Below are positions 26,552 to 34,032 of a stretch of DNA of 64,000 nt, one piece after another. The notes below the pieces were generated by a model. That model saw only the letters and a list, made by a program, of their open reading frames with translations, was not told the origin of the DNA and did not search any database. The stretch's first letter is position 1, and every line of letters begins with the position of its first letter. Source of the DNA: a virus; the IMG/VR virus record IMGVR_UViG_3300049995_000120, positions 1-64,000 of that record; one strand, given 5' to 3'. Both the position numbers and the translations under genes were made by a program.

Positions 26552-29500
26552 CCTTGCGCGTAAAAATGATACCAGAAATAAAACAGGTGGTGACTGGGGA
26601 AAGTGGTATTCACACCATCGTGCGCAAATACGCACAATATTTTCCGAAATATGGCATGGAGATTGTGGGTAAGGATGCCGATGATTTTGATATATTTGTC
26701 GTACATGCCGGAATGATGGAAACCCCTTACCCTGCCAATGTGGCCGCGGTGAGCATGATGCACGGTTTGTATTGGACCGCTATGTACAATGCCTCAAATT
26801 GGGAATGGAAAGCAAACGCAGATGTGATTAACTCCATGCGCCATGCGCATGTTATAACCTGTCCTAGTACCTGGGTGGCCGAAACCATTCAGCGCGATAT
26901 GCACCGCAATCCTGTAGTCGTCCCACATGGCGTTGACTGGCAGGAATGGCAGCATAACGAACCCAAAGAGGGGTATGTCATCGGCTACGCCAAGAACCGA
27001 AAGGGAATGGATGTTTGCAATCCCGACTTTCTGAACCCCCTGGCCTATGCTTTCCCCGAAACCCACTTTGCCGCTACCTTCGCCCCCGACAATCCCGAAC
27101 CCAATATCCGAGAATTCGGGGTTCTTCCGTACCCGCAGATGAAACAACTGGTACAGCGCGCCGAAGTGTTTGTTTCGTGTGTGCGTGAGACCTTCGGGAT
27201 CGCTATCCTGGAAGCGATGGCGGCGGGACTTCCGATCGTGGGCTGGCGCGAGGGCGGCATCGTGGATCTCGTGGAACATGGTGTAAATGGCTATCTCGCA
27301 AAACCAGGCGACATGGGGGATCTTTTCCAGGGGCTGGATTACTGTATGCAGCACCGCTCCCAATTGGGCGCTAACGGGCGCGAGATGGCGAAGAAATGGA
27401 CGTGGGATGCCGTCTGCGAAAACCTGCATGATGTGTTCCTGTACGCAATAGCCAAGGCTAAAGAACCGCCCACCTGCGCGATTGTCATCCCTTCATATAA
27501 GTATGCGAAAGTGGTTGGGGGGGCAATTGAAAGCGCCATGCAGCAGACCTATGAGATGCTGACCGATATCGTGGTGGTCGATGACTGCTCGCCCGATGAA
27601 GGTGAGACTGAACGTTTGGTTAAAACTTATATCCAGCGCGATAAGCGCGTGAAATACATACGCCTGCCGGTAAATTCAGGTGTGGCTGTAGCGCGCAACA
27701 CGGGTATCTACAATGTAGACACCAAGTATATCTGCTGCCTGGATAGTGATGACAAGATTTTGCCGCGTTTCCTGGAGGCCTGTATTCCGCCCCTTGAAAA
27801 AGATAGGTCTCTTGGGATAACGTTCTCCAGCATGGAGGCGATTGCCCTGGATGGTAGGGTATATGAGACGCGCTGGCCACCAGATATGCCGCTTTTCGAT
27901 CAGCAACAGTCCGGCAAGAATCAAGTCCCAACCTGCTGTGTCTTCCGCCGCGAGTTGTGGAATAATTTGGGCGGCTATCGTGCGCGCTATGCCCCCGAGG
28001 GCTGTGGCTCCGAGGACGCCGAGTTTTTCCTGCGCGCCGGCGCAAATGGATGGGGTTATCAAAAGGCAACCACAGCGCGTATGTTCATCTACAGTCTGGG
28101 GGGGAATACCACGGGGCGCAAGGACTACCGCGAGCCTAACTGGTTATCCATGCACCCTTGGACCAAGGATGGCCAGCATCCGGTAGCGTCTCTGGCGACT
28201 CCCAAGCGCGGAAGCCATCCTGCCAGGTTCTACGATAGTCCCGCCATCAGTGTGGTAATCCCCGTCGGGCCTGGGCACGAGTTTGATATCGTCAATGCTC
28301 TGGATAGCCTGGAAGCGCAAGACTTCCGCATGTGGGAAGCCATTATTGTTCTGGATAACGTAGATGAAGAATTGATTTCACCCGTATTGAAATCTTATCC
28401 CTATATTCGTGTTTTCAGAACGAAAGCAAATGCACAGGGGACAGGGGCCGCGCGCAACCTAGGTGCATCTCAGGCGCGCGCTGGATTGCTTGTTTTCCTG
28501 GATGCGGATGATTACCTGCTCCCTGAAGTGCTATCATCTATGCTGGACGAGTTCAGCAAGGGTGAGGCTATCGTCTATGGCGATTGTCAGGCAAACGCCA
28601 TTGTTGATGATGTCAAGAAACTAGATGAACGTATGCAGCGCCAGATTCTGGAACGGAACCAAAAGACCAAGAAAACCATCATAAGATTCCCGGCAGCGGA
28701 TTACAACTGCGAACTCGCCCAATCCATGCCCAACAGCGATGACCCCGATAGCCTCTATCTGGTGGCGCATATTACCTGTCTGATCCCAAAACTCTGGCAC
28801 GATGCGATTGGCGGGTTTGATGAGAAGATGGTATCATGGGAAGATGTGGACTGGCATTGGCGATTATCCAAGGCCGGCTACTGTTACCGCCGCCTGCACA
28901 AAGATTTGTTTATGTACCAGTTATCTTCAGGAGGGCGCAGAGAGAAAGGCCGGGAAAATTGGAAGTCATTGTTGCAGTATCTGAAAGGAAAATACAAGGA
29001 GATGCCTAATGTGCCATGTCGATCTTGTGGCGGCAGGGGTACGCCTCCGCCCATAAAACAAATTGTTGATCAAGGAAGCGAGGAGAAGAAAGTTATGTTC
29101 TCTGATGAGAGTTTAATCAAATGCGAGTATATGCACCCCAACCGGGGGCAACATTCGGTGATCGGTGCCGCCACGCGCACCAAATATGGTCAAAGGGCCG
29201 GCGGTGATGTGTTCTTTGTCCACCGCGACGACGTGGCTGCGCAGCCTATGTATTTCAGACCCATCCAATTGGATAATATATCGGTGCCGCAACCGACTGT
29301 CGCACCACCCCCGCCTCCGCCAAGTGTGGTTGTCAACCCTGCTCAACCCGCGTCGGCACCCGTGGAGGAAACACCTGCAACCACTGAATCGATCCCTAAA
29401 AACCTGTTGACAGATGTGGAGAAACCCGAAGGGGAGAAACCCGCACCTGCTCCGGAGCCGATACCAGATATACCGGCAGGCGAGATCAAGGCGACCATAA

Positions 29501-29700
29501 TTGGAGAATATGATGAACTGGATTTGCGTCTGATCCCGAGCATCACGCCGGCTATTGCGAAGCAGATGCGAGAAATTGGCTTGACCACGCCCAGAGCCAT
29601 CATGGATTCTGGACCGGAAGGATTACAGGCCATCAAAGGCGTAGGAGAGACACGCTCCCTAGTCATCGTCCAGTACGTAGCCAAAAAAGCCGGATTATGA
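26548..29700 (+). CDS. multidomain glycosyltransferase: GT4-GT2-GT2, Pro-rich linker, C-terminal HhH
   Basis: ETFGIAILEAMAAG; VVVDDCSPD/ARNTG/LDSDD/ED; ARNLG/LDADD/WED; IPSIT..IKGVGE HhH. Confidence 0.9.
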   Translation: MTLRVKMIPEIKQVVTGESGIHTIVRKYAQYFPKYGMEIVGKDADDFDIFVVHAGMMETPYPANVAAVSMMHGLYWTAMYNASNWEWKANADVINSMRHAHVITCPSTWVAETIQRDMHRNPVVVPHGVDWQEWQHNEPKEGYVIGYAKNRKGMDVCNPDFLNPLAYAFPETHFAATFAPDNPEPNIREFGVLPYPQMKQLVQRAEVFVSCVRETFGIAILEAMAAGLPIVGWREGGIVDLVEHGVNGYLAKPGDMGDLFQGLDYCMQHRSQLGANGREMAKKWTWDAVCENLHDVFLYAIAKAKEPPTCAIVIPSYKYAKVVGGAIESAMQQTYEMLTDIVVVDDCSPDEGETERLVKTYIQRDKRVKYIRLPVNSGVAVARNTGIYNVDTKYICCLDSDDKILPRFLEACIPPLEKDRSLGITFSSMEAIALDGRVYETRWPPDMPLFDQQQSGKNQVPTCCVFRRELWNNLGGYRARYAPEGCGSEDAEFFLRAGANGWGYQKATTARMFIYSLGGNTTGRKDYREPNWLSMHPWTKDGQHPVASLATPKRGSHPARFYDSPAISVVIPVGPGHEFDIVNALDSLEAQDFRMWEAIIVLDNVDEELISPVLKSYPYIRVFRTKANAQGTGAARNLGASQARAGLLVFLDADDYLLPEVLSSMLDEFSKGEAIVYGDCQANAIVDDVKKLDERMQRQILERNQKTKKTIIRFPAADYNCELAQSMPNSDDPDSLYLVAHITCLIPKLWHDAIGGFDEKMVSWEDVDWHWRLSKAGYCYRRLHKDLFMYQLSSGGRREKGRENWKSLLQYLKGKYKEMPNVPCRSCGGRGTPPPIKQIVDQGSEEKKVMFSDESLIKCEYMHPNRGQHSVIGAATRTKYGQRAGGDVFFVHRDDVAAQPMYFRPIQLDNISVPQPTVAPPPPPPSVVVNPAQPASAPVEETPATTESIPKNLLTDVEKPEGEKPAPAPEPIPDIPAGEIKATIIGEYDELDLRLIPSITPAIAKQMREIGLTTPRAIMDSGPEGLQAIKGVGETRSLVIVQYVAKKAGL

Positions 29701-29781
29701 TATAATCTTTAAGTACGTACAATTGTTTATATTACATCCGTTTCTGCCGAACTGACAGTTAGTCAGTTCGGCTATTTATTT
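29698..29781 (+). promoter_or_regulatory. extended -10 promoter followed by terminator-like hairpin (late tail leader)
   Basis: TGaTATAAT at 29698-29706; GCCGAACTGAC/GTCAGTTCGGC at 29746-29772 plus TATTTATTT. Confidence 0.55.
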
Positions 29782-30108
29782 ATGCAGATTATCATATTCC
29801 TGACCTTCATTCTTGCCACTTGGCGCGTTGCGCATCTATTGGCGCATGAGGACGGGCCTTTAGCCATCTTGGTTACTCTGCGTTATGGATTGGGAGTGCG
29901 GTATACTCCTGCCCCGCCTTATGAAAAATATGGCACGAGTATATGGTCAAAAGCAATCATCTGCGTATGGTGTAATTCAGTATGGATTGGGTTAATCTAT
30001 ACCATAATGTATATTATATGGCAACCTTTATGGTTGATCGCCCTCCCCTTCGCCTTGAGCGCGGGGGCAATCTTCTTGGAAGAGGTTTGTGGATTAAAGG
30101 AAACCTAA
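29782..30108 (+). CDS. DUF1360-like membrane protein
   Basis: LATWRVAHLL..EDGP...R...CVWCNSVW. Confidence 0.75.
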   Translation: MQIIIFLTFILATWRVAHLLAHEDGPLAILVTLRYGLGVRYTPAPPYEKYGTSIWSKAIICVWCNSVWIGLIYTIMYIIWQPLWLIALPFALSAGAIFLEEVCGLKET

Positions 30109-31386
30109 ATGGCGCGCGCAAGTATCCCTACCATTTTGGCTCTTGACAGGTTTCAAAAGATAATGGGAATCATCCCGCCTCATTTTGGGCAGGGGACTTC
30201 TGGTACTCGCTTTACCAATTCTTCCTGCAGTGATGTGTGGTATCAATATAGTTGGCAAGCTCGTGACCAGGTAGCGCGCGAAGATCTGGCACTGGAGATA
30301 CATGCCGCCGAAGAAGAACTGGCTGTCGCCATGGGTTATTATCCAGGCCCCAAATACACGGTGGAAGAGGACTATGATTATCCCCGCTTCCACCGCCGTG
30401 AACTCTGGCAGACGGACATGGGCAACGTGCGTTTCGCCCCCAAGAGTATCAATCTGCGGCATGGACGCTTCATAGGACCCGGGCGACGCGCTGTAACGCT
30501 GATCGGGACGGCAACGACAGCCGGCGGAACATTGGTTTATGCAGATCTGGATGGTGATGGATTCGTTGAAAATGCCAGGATTACGATACCTACCACAGTG
30601 ACAGACATTAATGAAATAAAAGCCTTTTTTCCTGGCTATGGTGGTGTCCCTGAATGGGAAATACGCACCGAGAAAGCTAAGAGCCTTGCTGGTGGCAATG
30701 TAGTGATGGACTTTTATGTCTGGCAGTTGGTCAGCCCTGCTTTGTGGGAAGCGTTCCCGTCTGCAGATGGTATTTATCCGGTAGACTTGACGGTTCTCGC
30801 AAACCTGTTGACTTCAGTACAGGTCTATAGAGTTTACCGAGATACTACCCAGACCAGCGTTCAATTCTTATGGAATCCCGATGCGGGTTGTACCTTCTGC
30901 GGTGGGGCTGGTTGTCTGCAGTGTGGTTATGATACGGTGGATGGTTGTATTTATGCCCGTGATTTTTATACGGGAATTGTAGTGCCTGCTCCCGCATCTT
31001 ATGATGCGGCCAGCGGTGATTGGGTCAGCGTAACTTGCGATGCCTGCCGAGATCCTGATATGGTCAAGTTATGGTATGAAAGCGGCGAGATCGATGAGCG
31101 TTATTTATCTGGTTATACCCATGACCCACTTTCAGAAGATTGGGCGCGCATCATTGCCTATATGGCAACCGCGCGTTTTGAACGTCCATTCTGCACCTGC
31201 GGAAATTCTGAGGCGCTGGCGGAATGGCTTCGAGAAGATTTGGCCTTTACCCCGCAGGGGGCAGGATCGAGGTTTACAACTGAAGACGTTACATCTTCCC
31301 CGTTTGGCACCCATCGTGGGGAAGTGATGGCCTGGATGAAGATCAAGAAACTCAAGAAACGTCGCATGGAAGGAATAACAATATGA
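30109..31386 (+). CDS. putative head-tail adaptor, Cys-rich
   Basis: AEEELA..GYYPGP segment; first large gene of the tail operon. Confidence 0.5.
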   Translation: MARASIPTILALDRFQKIMGIIPPHFGQGTSGTRFTNSSCSDVWYQYSWQARDQVAREDLALEIHAAEEELAVAMGYYPGPKYTVEEDYDYPRFHRRELWQTDMGNVRFAPKSINLRHGRFIGPGRRAVTLIGTATTAGGTLVYADLDGDGFVENARITIPTTVTDINEIKAFFPGYGGVPEWEIRTEKAKSLAGGNVVMDFYVWQLVSPALWEAFPSADGIYPVDLTVLANLLTSVQVYRVYRDTTQTSVQFLWNPDAGCTFCGGAGCLQCGYDTVDGCIYARDFYTGIVVPAPASYDAASGDWVSVTCDACRDPDMVKLWYESGEIDERYLSGYTHDPLSEDWARIIAYMATARFERPFCTCGNSEALAEWLREDLAFTPQGAGSRFTTEDVTSSPFGTHRGEVMAWMKIKKLKKRRMEGITI

Positions 31387-31679
31387 AAAAGGTAAAATGG
31401 ACTTCGCCAGATGGGTATATTCACTGCCGGATGTTACCGGATAGTGAGCCTGACGAGTCTGCTGAAATGGGCATTCCGTGTGAACCCCCCGACATCAATA
31501 CAATTGATTGGGAGGGGGTGAAGCGCGATTTACATAATCTTCTGGTAGAGCGTGAACTGATCGGTATGGCTGCCGTCAACCGCGCGCCAGAACTACTCAG
31601 GAGTGCGGCAACGCAGGTGTTGTATAAACGCCTGATCGCGCTCTATCAAACTCCTCTAAAGGAGGAATCAAATGGCTAA
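31383..31679 (+). CDS. hypothetical tail-operon protein
   Basis: ATGA coupling. Confidence 0.6.
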   Translation: MKKVKWTSPDGYIHCRMLPDSEPDESAEMGIPCEPPDINTIDWEGVKRDLHNLLVERELIGMAAVNRAPELLRSAATQVLYKRLIALYQTPLKEESNG

Positions 31680-33177
31680 AACTCCTCTTACTAGCGGCAA
31701 GACCCGAGTATTTATTATACCGGGTCGCGCTCGTGGAGATCACTCGCCATCCTATCAGTCCTGCCAGCGCATGACCGGTATTGCCTGGGGTCAGGGCGAC
31801 ATCACGCGCGTGGAGTGTCCTTCGGATACTCAGTTAGACGCGTTTGAGGAATCAGCGAAGATCAAGGGGTCGAAAGACCGCCCCACAACTTCATTGGAAG
31901 GTCGCTTCCCCTTGGATGTCAAGAGTTATATCCTTGGCCTTGTACGTAAGGGTTGCTCGGTCGATGTCCAGCTTAATGCCGGCGAATGCTCTGACCCCCG
32001 TATCTTCACTGCCTTCAAAAAGAAATTGATCTTGGAGGAAGTGGATTTCACAAACTATACCACGGATGACTTGGGCGCGTTAACCTCTGGTGATCGTGCC
32101 GCGGTAAACGAGACCGGCGAAATCAGCGCAAAAGACTTGTATGAAGTAGTTCCACTGTCTTTCGCTGAACGCGCCGGTAATCTTGTTACCAACGAAGTCC
32201 TGGATGTGGTGATCTGTGATGCTGTATCTTGCGGGGAATGTGAAGAGGAATCCGACGGTTGCCAGAAGATCTTTGCGATCACGAAATCAGCCGGCGGTTC
32301 ACCTACCACTCCAGCAGATATCGTGTTCTCCCTCAATGGTGGGGCGACGTGGTATGCGCATGATATAGATTCTTTAGGCATAGCCGAAGACCCAGATGAG
32401 TTAGACTGCCTAGGTAACTATATCGTGGTGGTTAGTGCAGCTTCCTGCTCTTTGCATTATGCACTGAAGAGCGAATTTGATGGTGTAACAGATCCAACTT
32501 TCACCGAAATCGCTACTGGCTTTGTGGTCGGTGGTTGCCCAGCCGCGATCAAGAGCGTAGGAAACTATGCCTTTATTGCAGGCAAAAACGGCTATGTCTA
32601 TGGAACGTCAGACCCGACTGCGGGTGTGAGCGTCCTGGATGCCGGCGTGGCAACAGCCGATGATCTTTACGCGGTGGATGCACTGGATTCAGAATTCGCT
32701 GTAGCAGTGGGCGAGAACAGTGCCATCATCAAAACTGAAGATGGCGTTACCTGGTCTGCTGTAGGTGGGCCGCCCGGACTCGGTATCGGCGTAACCTTTT
32801 ACACAGTAGCCCTCAAGAGCCAGACAGAATGGTGGATTGGCACCAGCAATGGTCGTCTGTACGCCACTTATGACGGGGGCGTTACCTGGGTACTCCAGGC
32901 ATTCCCCGGCTCTAGCACTGGTGTCGTGTACTTTGTCACCTTTGCCACCGACTCAGTCATGTACCTGGCGCATCAAACCGCCTTGACCAAAGGGCGCATC
33001 CTGCGCTCCTACGATGGCGGACACGAATGGGTGGTTCTCCCTGAAAGCACCGGAACAATTCCGGCTAATGACCGCATCAACGCACTGGCGGTCTGCACAC
33101 TTGATCCGAACATGGTGGTGGGCGTCGGTTTGGCCGATCTCTCTGCCGATGGCTTCATCGTGGTTGGTTCAGGCTAA
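31672..33177 (+). CDS. major tail (tube) protein with C-terminal BNR/beta-propeller domain
   Basis: Directly precedes the chaperone and tape measure; SLNGGATW, TEDGVTW, TYDGGVTW, SYDGGHEW Asp-boxes; AAGGAGG SD. Confidence 0.65.
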   Translation: MAKTPLTSGKTRVFIIPGRARGDHSPSYQSCQRMTGIAWGQGDITRVECPSDTQLDAFEESAKIKGSKDRPTTSLEGRFPLDVKSYILGLVRKGCSVDVQLNAGECSDPRIFTAFKKKLILEEVDFTNYTTDDLGALTSGDRAAVNETGEISAKDLYEVVPLSFAERAGNLVTNEVLDVVICDAVSCGECEEESDGCQKIFAITKSAGGSPTTPADIVFSLNGGATWYAHDIDSLGIAEDPDELDCLGNYIVVVSAASCSLHYALKSEFDGVTDPTFTEIATGFVVGGCPAAIKSVGNYAFIAGKNGYVYGTSDPTAGVSVLDAGVATADDLYAVDALDSEFAVAVGENSAIIKTEDGVTWSAVGGPPGLGIGVTFYTVALKSQTEWWIGTSNGRLYATYDGGVTWVLQAFPGSSTGVVYFVTFATDSVMYLAHQTALTKGRILRSYDGGHEWVVLPESTGTIPANDRINALAVCTLDPNMVVGVGLADLSADGFIVVGSG

Positions 33178-33251
33178 AATCTGTTCCAAGCGTGGAGGGC
33201 CAGGAAACTGGCTCTCCACTACACTTGAATATTCTTCGTACTGGAGATAAT

Positions 33252-33779
33252 ATGACTAAAGAAAAGATTGCCGCATTAGCCGTCGCTGAAGAACTAGCAA
33301 ACCAAGACGGCATCTTGACCCTCTCGACAGGATATCGAGCAAAGATCAGACCGGTCAGCGCCCAACTCCTGGACAGCGCAATGAGCAGGATCAAGGACCC
33401 GCCCGTTCCAGAAATTTATCTGGAAGAAAAAGGGCGGAATGAACCTAATCCCAACGACCCGCAGTATTTGAAAGACCTCGATGAGGCCAACCACAAGCGC
33501 AGTATGGCTTCGGTTGACGTATTGATTTTGATGGGTGTTCAGCTTGTCGATCCCGTACCCAATGATATTGAATGGCTTGTGGGCTTACAGCAATTGGAGC
33601 GCCTTGGCTTATTTGACCTATCTCCCTATGATTTAACCAATGAACGAGATCGGGAGTTTGTGTTCAAGCGCTTTGTGGCCGTTGGAAATGAAGACCTGAA
33701 AATGATTACTGCAAAGATGGGTATCACGGAGGCCGACATCAAAGCCGCCGAGGCCGCCTTTTCAGGTAACAAGGCATGA
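33252..33779 (+). CDS. tail assembly chaperone (G-like)
   Basis: Between tail tube and tape measure; GGAG SD. Confidence 0.7.
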   Translation: MTKEKIAALAVAEELANQDGILTLSTGYRAKIRPVSAQLLDSAMSRIKDPPVPEIYLEEKGRNEPNPNDPQYLKDLDEANHKRSMASVDVLILMGVQLVDPVPNDIEWLVGLQQLERLGLFDLSPYDLTNERDREFVFKRFVAVGNEDLKMITAKMGITEADIKAAEAAFSGNKA

Positions 33780-34032
33780 TGAGGATATACGGGAATATCC
33801 CGTAAATCCCAAGTATCAGGTCGCGACAGGAATAAAACACTCGCAGCGCTTCGCGGAATGGGAAGCCTGCATTACCGCCAGATTGGATATCTGGCGATGG
33901 GAGAACAACTTATATACGCCGCAGTTGAAGTCTTATGTACTGGCGTGGTATAACCTGCATAACTTGGTGCTCCTCCACGAGGAAGAGGCCAAGGCCGAAA
34001 AGCAGGAACGGGAGTCAAAGAGTAAATCGTAA
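33760..34032 (+). CDS. frameshift-extended tail chaperone segment (T-like, +1 frame)
   Basis: 90-codon frame FQVTRHDED...KSKS* with no usable start near its 5' end, ending in a TAATG overlap with the tape measure start. Confidence 0.65.
   Translation, partial: FQVTRHDEDIREYPVNPKYQVATGIKHSQRFAEWEACITARLDIWRWENNLYTPQLKSYVLAWYNLHNLVLLHEEEAKAEKQERESKSKS

Noticed and set aside
21613-29700. DNA hypermodification (T4-like glucosylation) as the main explanation of the island
   Set aside because: No hydroxymethylase, TET/JBP or phage polymerase was recognised in the window. Kept only as an alternative because of the HhH domain and the MazG-like gene.
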